This document shows, piece by piece, positions 26,301 to 42,100 of a stretch of DNA of 64,000 bases. How positions within the stretch are numbered: position 1 is the first letter of the stretch; each line of letters begins with the position of its first letter. This DNA comes from Eledone cirrhosa (taxonomy: Eukaryota). The position numbers and the translations under genes were made by a program. The notes beneath the pieces were generated by a model. The model was not told where the DNA came from. It made no database searches and saw nothing but the letters and a program-made list of their open reading frames with translations. The DNA is taken from assembly GCA_964016885.1 (NCBI GenBank), contig OZ024740.1, forward strand, positions 33,108,001-33,172,000, read 5' to 3'.

Positions 26301-29300
26301 CTAGATAGAAAGTGACCATCTATATATTCTATATAGAAAGTGACCATTTATATATTTTAGATAGAAAGTGTTCATTTATATATTCTAGATAGAAAATGAC
26401 CATCTATATATTTTAGATAGAAAGTGACCATCTATATATTTTAGACAGAAAGTGTTCATCTATATATTCTAGATAGAAAGTGTTCATCTATATATTCTAG
26501 ATAGAAAGTGACCATCCATATAATCTAGATAGAAAGTTTTCATATATATATTCTAGATAGAAAGTGACCATCTATATATTCCAGATAGAAAGTGTTCATA
26601 TATATATTCTAGATAGAAAGTGTTCATCTATATATTCCAGATAGAAAGTGTTCATCTATATATTCTACATAGAAAGTGTTCATCTATATATTTTAGATAG
26701 AAAGTGTTTATTTATATATTCTAGATAGAAAGTGTTCATCTATATATTTTAGATAGAAAGTGACCATCTATATATTCTATATAGAAAGTGACATCTATAT
26801 ATTTTAGATAGAAAGTGTTCATCTATATATTCTAGATAGAAAATGACCATCTATATATTTTAGATAGAAAGTGACCATCTATATATTTTAGACAGAAAGT
26901 GTTCATCTATATATTCTAGATAGAAAGTGACCATCTATATATTCTAGATAGAAAATGACCATCTATATATTTTAGATAGAAAGTGTTCATCTATATATTC
27001 TAGATAGAAAGTGACCATCTATATATTCTAGATAGAAAGTGTTCATCTATATATTCTAGATAGAAAGTGACTATCTATATATTCTAGATAGAAAATTACA
27101 ATCTATATATTTCAGATAGAATGTGACCATCTATATATTTTAAATAGAAAATGACCATCTATATATTCTAGATAGAAAGTGTTCATCTATATATTCTAGA
27201 TAGAAAGTGACCATCTATATATTCCAGATAGAAAGTGTTCATCTATATATTCTAGATAGAAAGTGTTCATCTATATATTCTACATAGAAAGTGTTCATCT
27301 ATATATTTTAGATAGAAAGTGTTTATTTATATATTCTAGATAGAAAGTGTTCATCTATATATTCTAGATAGAATGTATTCATCTATATTTTCTAGATAGA
27401 AAGTGACCATCTATATATTCTAGATAGAAAGTGTTCATCTATATATTCTAGATAGAAAGTGACTATCTATATATTCTAGATAGAAAATGACAATCTATAT
27501 ATTTCAGATAGAATGTGACCATCTATATATTTTAAATAGAACATGACCATCTATATATTCTAGATAGAAAGTGACCATCTATATATTTTAGATAGAAAGT
27601 GACCATCTATATATTTTAGACAGAAAGTGTTCATCTATATATTCTAGATAGAAAGTGTTCATCTATATATTCTAGATAGAAAGTGACCATCTATATATTC
27701 CAGATAGAAAGTGTTCATCTATATATTCTAGATAGAAAGTGTTCATTTATATATTCTACATAGAAAGTGTTCATCTATATATTTTAGATAGAAAGTGTTT
27801 ATTTATATATTCTAGATAGAAAGTGTTCATCTATATATTCTAGATAGAAAGTGACCATCTATATATTCTAGATAGAAAGTGTTCATCTATATATTCTACA
27901 TAGAAAGTGTTCATCTATATATTTTAGATAGAAAGTGTTTATTCATATATTCTAGATAGAAAGTGTTCATCTATATATTCTAGATAGAAAGTGACCATCT
28001 ATATATTCTAGATAGAAAGTGTTAATCTATATATTCTAGATAGAAAGTAACCATCTATATATTCTAGATAGAATGTATTCATCTATATTTTCTAGATAGA
28101 AAGTGACCATCTATATATTCTATATAGAAAGTGACCATTTATATATTTTAGATAGAAAGTGTTCATTTATATATTCTAGATAGAAAATGACCATCTATAT
28201 ATTTTAGATAGAAAGTGACCATCTATATATTTTAGACAGAAAGTGTTCATCTATATATTCTAGATAGAAAGTGTTCATCTATATATTCTAGATAGAAAGT
28301 GACCATCCATATAATCTAGATAGAAAGTTTTCATATATATATTCCAGATAGAAAGTGTTCATATATATATTCCAGATAGAAAGTGTTCATATATATATTC
28401 CAGATAGAAAGTGTTCATATATATATTCTAGATAGAAAGTGTTCATCTATATATTCCAGATAGAAAGTGTTCATCTATATTATTCTACATAGAAAGTGTT
28501 CATCTATATATTTTAGATAGAAAGTGTTTATTTATATATTCTAGATAGAAAGTGACCATCTATATATTCAAGATAGAAAGTGTTCATCTATATATTTTAG
28601 ATAGAAAGTGACCATCTATATATTCTATATAGAAAGTGACCATCTATATATTTTAGATAGAAAGTGTTCATCTATATATTCTAGATAGAAAATGACCATC
28701 TATATATTTTAGATAGAAAGTGACCATCTATATATTTTAGACAGAAAGTGACCATCTATATATTCTAGATAGAAAGTGACCATCTATATATTCTAGATAG
28801 AAAGTGACCATGTATATATTCTTGATAGAAAGTAACCATCTATATATTTTAGATTGAAAATGACCATCTATATATATATTCTAGATAGAAAGTGTTCATA
28901 TATATATTCTAGATAGAAAGTGTTCATCTATATATTCCAGATAGAAAGTGTTCATCTATATATTCTACATAGAAAGTGTTCATCTATATATTTTAGATAG
29001 AAAGTGTTCATCTATATATTCTAGATAGAAAGTGATCATCTATATATTTTAGATAGAAAGTGACCATCTATATATTTTAGATAGAAAGTATTCATCTATA
29101 TATTCTAGATAGAAAGTGACCATCTATACATTCTAGATAGAGAGTGTTCATCTATATATTCTAGATAGAAAGTGTTCATCTATATATTCCAGATAGAAAG
29201 TGTTCATCTATATATTCTAGATAGAAAGTGACCATCTATATATTTTAGATAGAAAGTGACCATCTATATATATATTCTAGATAGAAAGTGACCATGTATA

Positions 29301-30132
29301 TATTCTTGATAGAAAGTAACCATCTATATATTTTAGATTGAAAATGACCATGTATATATATATTCTAGATAGAAAGTGTTCATATATATATTCTAGATAG
29401 AAAGTGTTCATCTATATATTCCAGATAGAAAGTGTTCATCTATATATTCTACATAGAAAGTGTTCATCTATATATTTTAGATAGAAAGTGTTCATCTATA
29501 TATTCTAGATAGAAAGTGATCATCTATATATTTTAGATAGAAAGTGACCATCTATATATTTTAGATAGAAAGTATTCATCTATATATTCTAGATAGAAAG
29601 TGACCATCTATACATTCTAGATAGAGAGTGTTCATCTATATATTCTAGATAGAAAGTGTTCATCTATATATTCTAGATAGAAAGTGACCATCTATATATT
29701 CTAGATAGAAAGTGACCATCTATATATTCTAGATAGAAAGTGACCATGTATATATTCTAGATAGAAAGTAACCATCTATATATTTTAGATTGAAAATGAC
29801 CATCTATATATATATTCTAGATAGAAAGTGTTCATCTATATATTCTAGATAGAAAGTGTTCATCTATATATTCCAGATAGAAAGTGTTCATCTATATATT
29901 CTAGATAGAAAGTGACCATCTATATATTCTAGATAGAAAGTGACCATCTATATATTCTAGATAGAAAGTGACCATGTATATATTCTAGATAGAAAGTAAC
30001 CATCTATATATTTTAGATTGAAAATGACCATCTATATATATATTCTAGATAGAAAGTGTTCATATATATATTCTAGATAGAAAGTGTTCATCTATATATT
30101 CCAGATAGAAAGTGTTCATCTATATATTCTAG

Positions 30133-33100
30133 ATAGAAAGTGTTCATCTATATATTTTAGATAGAAAGTGTTTATTTATATATTCTAGATAGAATGTGAC
30201 CATCTATATATTCAAGATAGAAAGTTTTCATTTATATATTCTAGATAGAAAGTAACCATCTATATATTTTAGATAGAAAGTGTTCATCTATATATTCTAG
30301 AGAGAAAGTGTTCATCTATATATTTTAGATAGAAAGTGACCATCTATATATTTTAGATAAAAAGTGACCATCTATATATTTTAGATAGAAAGTGTTCATC
30401 TATATAATCTAGATAGAAAGTGTTCATCTATATACTCTAGATAGAAACTGACCATCTATATATTCTAGATAGAAAGTGACCATGTATATATTCTAGATAG
30501 AAAGTAACCATCTATATATTTTAGATTGAAAATGACCATCTATATATATATTCTAGATAGAAAGTGTTCATATATATATTCTAGATAGAAAGTGTTCATC
30601 TATATATTCCAGATAAAAAGTGTTCATCTATATATTCTACATAGAAAGCGTTCATCTATATATTTTAGATAGAAAGTGACCATCTATATATTTTAGATAA
30701 AAAGTGACCATCTATATATTTTAGATAGAAAGTGTTCATCTATATAATCTAGATAGAAAGTGTTCATCTATATATTCTAGATAGAAAGTGACCATGTATA
30801 TATTCTAGATAGAAAGTGACCATGTATATATTCTAGATAGAAAGTAACCATCTATATATTTTAGATTGAAAATGACCATCTATATATATATTCTAGATAG
30901 AAAGTGTTCATATATATATTCTAGATAGAAAGTGTTCATCTATATATTCCAGATAAAAAGTGTTCATCTATATATTCTATATAGAAAGTGACATCTATAT
31001 ATTTTAGATAGAAAGTGTTCATCTATATATTCTAGATAGAAAATGACCATCTATATATTTTAGATAGAAAGTGACCATCTATATATTTTAGACAGAAAGT
31101 GTTCATCTATATATTCTAGATAGAAAGTGACCATCTATATATTCTAGATAGAAAATGACCATCTATATATTTTAGATAGTAAGTGTTCATCTATATATTC
31201 TAGATAGAAAGTGACCATCTATATATTCTAGATAGAAAGTGTTCATCTATATATTCTAGATAGAAAGTGACTATCTATATATTCTAGATAGAAAATTACA
31301 ATCTATATATTTCAGATAGAATGTGACCATCTATATATTTTAAATAGAAAATGACCATCTATATATTCTAGATAGAAAGTGACCATCTATATATTTTAGA
31401 TAGAAAGTGACCTTCTATATATTTTAGACAGAAAGTGTTCATCTATATATTCTAGATAGAAAGTGTTCATCTATATATTCTAGATAGAAAGTGACCATCT
31501 ATATATTCCAGATAGAAAGTGTTCATCTATATATTCTAGATAGAAAGTGTTCATCTATATATTCTACATAGAAAGTGTTCATCTATATATTTTAGATAGA
31601 AAGTGTTTATTTATATATTCTAGATAGAAAGTGTTCATCTATATATTCTAGATAGAAAGTGACCATCTATATATTCTAGATAGAAAGTGTTCATCTATAT
31701 ATTCTACATAGAAAGTGTTCATCTATATATTTTAGATAGAAAGTGTTTATTTATATATTCTAGATAGAAAGTGTTCATCTATATATTCTAGATAGAAAGT
31801 GTTCATCTATATATTCTAGATAGAAAGTGACCATCTATATATTCTAGGTAGAAAGTGACCATCTATATATTGTAGATAGAATGTATTCATCTATATTTTC
31901 TAGATAGAAAGTGACCATCTATATATTCTATATAGAAAGTGACCATTTATATATTTTAGATAGAAAGTGTTCATTTATATATTCTAGATAGAAAATGACC
32001 ATCTATATATTTTAGATAAAAAGTGACCATCTATATATTTTAGATAGAAAGTGTTCATCTATATAATCTAGATAGAAAGTGTTCATCTATATATTCTAGA
32101 TAGAAAGTGACCATCTATATATTCTAGATAGAAAGTGACCATGTATATATTCTAGATAGAAAGTAACCATCTATATATTTTAGATTGAAAATGACCATCT
32201 ATATATATATTCTAGATAGAAAGTGTTCATATATATATTCTAGATAGAAAGTGTTCATCTATATATTCCAGATAAAAAGTGTTCATCTATATATTCTACA
32301 TAGAAAGCGTTCATCTATATATTTTAGATAGAAAGTGACCATCTATGTATTTTAGATAAAAAGTGACCATCTATATATTTTAGATAGAAAGTGTTCATCT
32401 ATATAATCTAGATAGAAAGTGTTCATCCATATATTCTAGATAGAAAGTGACCATGTATATATTCTAGATAGAAAGTGACCATGTATATATTCTAGATAGA
32501 AAGTAACCATCTATATATTTTAGATTGAAAATGACCATCTATATATATATTCTAGATAGAAAGTGTTCATATATATATTCTAGATAGAAAGTGTTCATCT
32601 ATATATTCCAGATAAAAAGTGTTCATCTATATATTCTAGATAGAAAGTGACCATCCATATAATCTAGATAGAAAGTTTTCATATATATATTCTAGATAGA
32701 AAGTGACCATCTATATATTCCAGATAGAAAGTGTTCATATATATATTCTAGATAGAAAGTGTTCATCTATATATTCCAGATAGAAAGTGTTCATCTATAT
32801 ATTCTACATAGAAAGTGTTCATCTATATATTTTAGATAGAAAGTGTTTATTTATATATTCTAGATAGAAAGTGTTCATCTATATATTTTAGATAGAAAGT
32901 GACCATCTATATATTCTATATAGAAAGTGACATCTATATATTTTAGATAGAAAGTGTTCATCTATATATTCTAGATAGAAAATGACCATCTATATATTTT
33001 AGATAGAAAGTGACCATCTATATATTTTAGACAGAAAGTGTTCATCTATATATTCTAGATAGAAAGTGACCATCTATATATTCTAGATAGAAAATGACCA

Positions 33101-36100
33101 TCTATATATTTTAGATAGAAAGTGTTCATCTATATATTCTAGATAGAAAGTGACCATCTATATATTCTAGATAGAAAGTGTTCATCTATATATTCTAGAT
33201 AGAAAGTGACTATCTATATATTCTAGATAGAAAATGACAATCTATATATTTCAGATAGAATGTGACCATCTATATATTTTAAATAGAAAATGACCATCTA
33301 TATATTCTTGATAGAAAGTGACCATCTATATATTTTAGATAGAAAGTGACCATCTATATATTTTAGACAGAAAGTGTTCATCTATATATTCTAGATAGAA
33401 AGTGTTCATCTATATATTCTAGATAGAAAGTGACCATCTATATATTCCAGATAGAAAGTGTTCATCTATATATTCTAGATAGAAAGTGTTCATCTATATA
33501 TTCTACATAGAAAGTGTTCATCTATATATTTTAGATAGAAAGTGTTTATTTATATATTCTAGATAGAAAGTGTTCATCTACATATTCTAGATAGAAAGTG
33601 ACCATCTATATATTCTAGATAGAATGTATTCATCTATATTTTCTAGATAGAAAGTGACCATCTATATATTCTAGATAGAAAGTGTTCATCTATATATTCT
33701 AGATAGAAAGTGACTATCTATATATTCTAGATAGAAAATGACAATCTATATATTTCAGATAGAATGTGACCATCTATATATTTTAAATAGAACATGACCA
33801 TCTATATATTCTAGATAGAAAGTGATCATCTATATATTTTAGATAGAAAGTGACCATCTATATATTTTAGACAGAAAGTGTTCATCTATATATTCTAGAT
33901 AGAAAGTGTTCATCTATATATTCTAGATAGAAAGTGACCATCTATATATTCCAGATAGAAAGTGTTCATCTATATATTCTAGATAGAAAGTGTTCATCTA
34001 TATATTCTACATAGAAAGTGTTCATCTATATATTTTAGATAGAAAGTGTTTATTTATATATTCTAGATAGAAAGTGTTCATCTATATATTCTAGATAGAA
34101 AGTGACCATCTATATATTCTAGATAGAAAGTGTTCATCTATATATTCTACATAGAAAGTGTTCATCTATATATTTTAGATAGAAAGTGTTTATTTATATA
34201 TTCTAGATAGAAAGTGTTCATCTATATATTCTAGATAGAAAGTGACCATCTATATATTCTAGATAGAAAGTGTTAATCTATATATTCTAGATAGAAAGTG
34301 ATCATCTATATATTCTAGATAGAATGTATTCATCTATATTTTCTAGATAGAAAGTGACCATCTATATATTCTATATAGAAAGTGACCATTTATATATTTT
34401 AGATAGAAAGTGTTCATTTATATATTCTAGATAGAAAATGACCATCTATATATTTTAGACAGAAAGTGTTCATCTATATATTCTAGATAGAAAGTGTTCA
34501 TCTATATATTCTAGATAGAAAGTGACCATCCATATAATCTAGATAGAAAGTTTTCATATATATATTCTAGATAGAAAGTGACCATCTATATATTCCAGAT
34601 AGAAAGTGTTCATATATATATTCTAGATAGAAAGTGTTCATCTATATATTCCAGATAGAAAGTGTTCATCTATATATTCTACATAGAAAGTGTTCATCTA
34701 TATATTTTAGATAGAAAGTGTTTATTTATATATTCTAGATAGAAAGTGACCATCTATATATTCAAGATAGAAAGTGTTCATCTATATATTTTAGATAGAA
34801 AGTGACCATCTATATATTCTATATAGAAAGTGACCATCTATATATTTTAGATAGAAAGTGTTCATCTATATATTCTAGATAGAAAATGACCATCTATATA
34901 TTTTAGATAGAAAGTGACCATCTATATATTTTAGACAGAAAGTGACCATCTATATATTCTAGATAGAAAGTGACCATCTATATATTCTAGATAGAAAGTG
35001 ACCATGTATATATTCTTGATAGAAAGTAACCATCTATATATTTTAGATTGAAAATGACCATCTATATATATATTCTAGATAGAAAGTGTTCATATATATA
35101 TTCTAGATAGAAAGTGTTCATCTATATATTCCAGATAGAAAGTGTTCATCTATATATTCTACATAGAAAGTGTTCATCTATATATTTTAGATAGAAAGTG
35201 TTCATCTATATATTCTAGATAGAAAGTGATCATCTATATATTTTAGATAGAAAGTGACCATCTATATATTTTAGATAGAAAGTGTTCATCTATATATTCT
35301 AGATAGAAAGTGACCATCTATACATTCTAGATAGAGAGTGTTCATCTATATATTCTAGATAGAAAGTGTTCATCTATATATTCCAGATAGAAAGTGTTCA
35401 TCTATATATTCTAGATAGAAAGTGACCATCTATATATTTTAGATAGAAAGTGACCATCTATATATTCTAGATAGAAAGTGACCATCTATATATTCTAGAT
35501 AGAAAGTAACCATCTATATATTTTAGATAGAAAATGACCATCTATATATATATTCTAGATAGAAAGTGTTCATATATATATTCTAGATAGAAAGTGTTCA
35601 TCTATATATCCCAGATAGAAAGTGTTCATCTATATATTCTACATAGAAAGTGTTCATCTATATATTTTAGATAGAAAGTGTTTATTTATATATTCTAGAT
35701 AGAAAGTGTTCATCTATATATTCCAGATAGAAAGTGTTCATCTATATATTCTAGATAGAAAGTGACCATCTATATATTCTAGATAGAAAGTGACCATCTA
35801 TATATTCTAGATAGAAAGTGACCATGTATATATTCTAGATAGAAAGTAACCATCTATATATTTTAGATTGAAAATGACCATCTATATATATATTCTAGAT
35901 AGAAAGTGTTCATATATATATTCTAGATAGAAAGTGTTCATCTATATATTCCAGATAGAAAGTGTTCATCTATATATTCTAGATAGAAAGTGTTCATCTA
36001 TATATTTTAGATAGAAAGTGTTTATTTATATATTCTAGATAGAATGTGACCATCTATATATTCAAGATAGAAAGTTTTCATTTATATATTCTAGATAGAA

Positions 36101-39100
36101 AGTGACCATCTATATATTTTAGATAGAAAGTGTTCATCTATATATTCTAGAGAGAAAGTGTTCATCTATATATTTTAGATAGAAAGTGACCATCTATATA
36201 TTTTAGATAAAAAGTGACCATCTATATATTTTAGATAGAAAGTGTTCATCTATATAATCTAGATAGAAAGTGTTCATCTATATATTCTAGATAGAAAGTG
36301 ACCATCTATATATTCTAGATAGAAAGTGACCATGTATATATTCTAGATAGAAAGTAACCATCTATATATTTTAGATTGAAAATGACCATCTATATATTCT
36401 AGATAGAAAGTGACCATCTATATATTTTAGATAGAAAGTGACCATCTATATATTTTAGACAGAAAGTGTTCATCTATATATTCTAGATAGAAAGTGTTCA
36501 TCTATATATTCTAGATAGAAAGTGACCATCTATATATTCCAGATAGAAAGTGTTCATCTATATATTCTAGATAGAAAGTGTTCATCTATATATTCTACAT
36601 AGAAAGTGTTCATCTATATATTTTAGATAGAAAGTGTTTATTTATATATTCTAGATAGAAAGTGTTCATCTATATATTCTAGATAGAAAGTGACCATCTA
36701 TATATTCTAGATAGAATGTATTCATCTATATTTTCTAGATAGAAAGTGACCATCTATATATTCTAGATAGAAAGTGTTCATCTATATATTCTAGATAGAA
36801 AGTGACTATCTATATATTCTAGATAGAAAATGACAATCTATATATTTCAGATAGAATGTGACCATCTATATATTTTAAATAGAACATGACCATCTATATA
36901 TTCTAGATAGAAAGTGACCATCTATATATTTTAGATAGAAAGTGACCATCTATATATTTTAGACAGAAAGTGTTCATCTATATATTCTAGATAGAAAGTG
37001 TTCATCTATATATTCTAGATAGAAAGTGACCATCTATATATTCCAGATAGAAAGTGTTCATCTATATATTCTAGATAGAAAGTGTTCATCTATATATTCT
37101 ACATAGAAAGTGTTCATCTATATATTTTAGATAGAAAGTGTTTATTTATATATTCTAGATAGAAAGTGTTCATCTATATATTCTAGATAGAAAGTGACCA
37201 TCTATATATTCTAGATAGAAAGTGTTCATCTATATATTCTACATAGAAAGTGTTCATCTATATATTTTAGATAGAAAGTGTTTATTTATATATTCTAGAT
37301 AGAAAGTGTTCATCTATATATTCTAGATAGAAAGTGACCATCTATATATTCTAGATAGAAAGTGTTAATCTATATATTCTAGATAGAAAGTGACCATCTA
37401 TATATTCTAGATAGAATGTATTCATCTATATTTTCTAGATAGAAAGTGACCATCTATATATTCTATATAGAAAGTGACCATTTATATATTTTAGATAGAA
37501 AGTGTTCATTTATATATTCTAGATAGAAAATGACCATCTATATATTTTAGATAGAAAGTGACCATCTATATATTTTAGACAGAAAGTGTTCATCGATATA
37601 TTCTAGATAGAAAGTGTTCATCTATATATTCTAGATAGAAAGTGACCATCCATATAATCTAGATAGAAAGTTTTCATATATATATTCTAGATAGAAAGTG
37701 ACCATCTATATATTCCAGATAGAAAGTGTTCATATATATATTCTAGATAGAAAGTGTTCATCTATATATTCCAGATAGAAAGTGTTCATCTATATATTCT
37801 ACATAGAAAGTGTTCATCTATATATTTTAGATAGAAAGTGTTTATTTATATATTCTAGATAGAAAGTGACCATCTATATATTCAAGATAGAAAGTGTTCA
37901 TCTATATATTTTAGATAGAAAGTGACCATCTATATATTCTATATAGAAAGTGACCATCTATATATTTTAGATAGAAAGTGTTCATCTATATATTCTAGAT
38001 AGAAAATGACCATCTATATATTTTAGATAGAAAGTGACCATCTATATATTTTAGACAGAAAGTGACCATCTATATATTCTAGATAGAAAGTGACCATCTA
38101 TATATTCTAGATAGAAAGTGACTATGTATATATTCTTGATAGAAAGTAACCATCTATATATTTTAGATTGAAAATGACCATCTATATATATATTCTAGAT
38201 AGAAAGTGTTCATATATATATTCTAGATAGAAAGTGTTCATCTATATATTCCAGATAGAAAGTGTTCATCTATATATTCTACATAGAAAGTGTTCATCTA
38301 TATATTTTAGATAGAAAGTGTTCATCTATATATTCTAGATAGAAAGTGATCATCTATATATTTTAGATAGAAAGTGACCATCTATATATTTTAGATAGAA
38401 AGTGTTCATCTATATATTCTAGATAGAAAGTGACCATCTATACATTCTAGATAGAGAGTGTTCATCTATATATTCTAGATAGAAAGTGTTCATCTATATA
38501 TTCCAGATAGAAAGTGTTCATCTATATATTCTAGATAGAAAGTGACCATCTATATATTTTAGATAGAAAGTGACCATCTATATATTCTAGATAGAAAGTG
38601 ACCATCTATATATTCTAGATAGAAAGTAACCATCTATATATTTTAGATAGAAAATGACCATCTATATATATATTCTAGATAGAAAGTGTTCATATATATA
38701 TTCTAGATAGAAAGTGTTCATCTATATATCCCAGATAGAAAGTGTTCATCTATATATTCTACATAGAAAGTGTTCATCTATATATTTTAGATAGAAAGTG
38801 TTTATTTATATATTCTAGATAGAATGTGACCATCTATATATTCAAGATAGAAAGTTTTCATTTATATATTCTAGATAGAAAGTAACCATCTATATATTTT
38901 AGATAGAAAGTGTTCATCTATATATTCTAGAGAGAAAGTGTTCATCTATATATTTTAGATAGAAAGTGACCATCTATATATTTTAGATAAAAAGTGACCA
39001 TCTATATATTTTAGATAGAAAGTGTTCATCTATATAATCTAGATAGAAAGTGTTCATCTATATACTCTAGATAGAAACTGACCATCTATATATTCTAGAT

Positions 39101-42100
39101 AGAAAGTGACCATGTATATATTCTAGATAGAAAGTAACCATCTATATATTTTAGATTGAAAATGACCATCTATATATATATTCTAGATAGAAAGTGTTCA
39201 TATATATATTCTAGATAGAAAGTGTTCATCTATATATTCCAGATAAAAAGTGTTCATCTATATATTCTACATAGAAAGCGTTCATCTATATATTTTAGAT
39301 AGAAAGTGACCATCTATATATTTTAGATAAAAAGTGACCATCTATATATTTTAGATAGAAAGTGTTCATCTATATAATCTAGATAGAAAGTGTTCATCTA
39401 TATATTCTAGATAGAAAGTGACCATGTATATATTCTAGATAGAAAGTGACCATGTATATATTCTAGATAGAAAGTAACCATCTATATATTTTAGATTGAA
39501 AATGACCATCTATATATATATTCTAGATAGAAAGTGTTCATATATATATTCTAGATAGAAAGTGTTCATCTATATATTCCAGATAAAAAGTGTTCATCTA
39601 TATATTCTACATAGAAAGTGTTCATCTATATATTTTAGATAGAAAGTGTTTATTTATATATTCTAGATAGAAAGTGTTCATCTATATATTTTAGATAGAA
39701 AGTGACCATCTATATATTCTATATAGAAAGTGACATCTATATATTTTAGATAGAAAGTGTTCATCTATATATTCTAGATAGAAAATGACCATCTATATAT
39801 TTTAGATAGAAAGTGACCATCTATATATTTTAGACAGAAAGTGTTCATCTATATATTCTAGATAGAAAGTGACCATCTATATATTCTAGATAGAAAATGA
39901 CCATCTATATATTTTAGATAGTAAGTGTTCATCTATATATTCTAGATAGAAAGTGACCATCTATATATTCTAGATAGAAAGTGTTCATCTATATATTCTA
40001 GATAGAAAGTGACTATCTATATATTCTAGATAGAAAATTACAATCTATATATTTCAGATAGAATGTGACCATCTATATATTTTAAATAGAAAATGACCAT
40101 CTATATATTCTAGATAGAAAGTGACCATCTATATATTTTAGATAGAAAGTGACCTTCTATATATTTTAGACAGAAAGTGTTCATCTATATATTCTAGATA
40201 GAAAGTGTTCATCTATATATTCTAGATAGAAAGTGACCATCTATATATTCCAGATAGAAAGTGTTCATCTATATATTCTAGATAGAAAGTGTTCATCTAT
40301 ATATTCTACATAGAAAGTGTTCATCTATATATTTTAGATAGAAAGTGTTTATTTATATATTCTAGATAGAAAGTGTTCATCTATATATTCTAGATAGAAA
40401 GTGACCATCTATATATTCTAGATAGAAAGTGTTCATCTATATATTCTACATAGAAAGTGTTCATCTATATATTTTAGATAGAAAGTGTTTATTTATATAT
40501 TCTAGATAGAAAGTGTTCATCTATATATTCTAGATAGAAAGTGTTCATCTATATATTCTAGATAGAAAGTGACCATCTATATATTCTAGATAGAAAGTGA
40601 CCATCTATATATTGTAGATAGAATGTATTCATCTATATTTTCTAGATAGAAAGTGACCATCTATATATTCTATATAGAAAGTGACCATTTATATATTTTA
40701 GATAGAAAGTGTTCATTTATATATTCTAGATAGAAAATGACCATCTATATATTTTAGATAGAAAGTGACCATCTATATATTTTAGACAGAAAGTGTTCAT
40801 CTATATATTCTAGATAGAAAGTGTTCATCTATATATTCTAGATAGAAAGTGACCATCCATATAATCTAGATAGAAAGTTTTCATATATATATTCTAGATA
40901 GAAAGTGACCATCTATATATTCCAGATAGAAAGTGTTCATATATATATTCTAGATAGAAAGTGTTCATCTATATATTCCAGATAGAAAGTGTTCATCTAT
41001 ATATTCTACATAGAAAGTGTTCATCTATATATTTTAGATAGAAAGTGTTTATTTATATATTCTAGATAGAATGTGACCATCTATATATTCAAGATAGAAA
41101 GTGTTCATCTATATATTTTAGATAGAAAGTGACCATCTAATTATTCTATATAGAAAGTGACCATCTATATATTTTAGATAGAAAGTGTTCATCTATATAT
41201 TCTAGATAGAAAATGACCATCTATATATTTTAGATAGAAAGTGACCATCTATATATTTTAGACAGAAAGTGTTCATCTATATATTCTAGATAGAAAGTGA
41301 CCATCCATATAATCTAGATAGAAAGTTTTCATTTATATATTCTAGATAGAAAGTGACCATCTATATATTTTAGATAGAAAGTGTTCATCTATATATTCTA
41401 GAGAGAAAGTGTTCATCTATATATTTTAGATAGAAAGTGACCATCTATATATTTTAGATAAAAAGTGACCATCTATATATTTTAGATAGAAAGTGTTCAT
41501 CTATATAATCTAGATAGAAAGTGTTCATCTATATATTCTAGATAGAAAGTGACCATCTATATATTCTAGATAGAAAGTGACCATGTATATATTCTAGATA
41601 GAAAGTAACCATCTATATATTTTAGATTGAAAATGACCATCTATATATATATTCTAGATAGAAAGTGTTCATATATATATTCTAGATAGAAAGTGTTCAT
41701 CTATATATTCCAGATAAAAAGTGTTCATCTATATATTCTACATAGAAAGCGTTCATCTATATATTTTAGATAGAAAGTGACCATCTATGTATTTTAGATA
41801 AAAAGTGACCATCTATATATTTTAGATAGAAAGTGTTCATCTATATAATCTAGATAGAAAGTGTTCATCCATATATTCTAGATAGAAAGTGACCATGTAT
41901 ATATTCTAGATAGAAAGTGACCATGTATATATTCTAGATAGAAAGTAACCATCTATATATTTTAGATTGAAAATGACCATCTATATATATATTCTAGATA
42001 GAAAGTGTTCATATATATATTCTAGATAGAAAGTGTTCATCTATATATTCCAGATAAAAAGTGTTCATCTATATATTCTAGATAGAAAGTGACCATCCAT

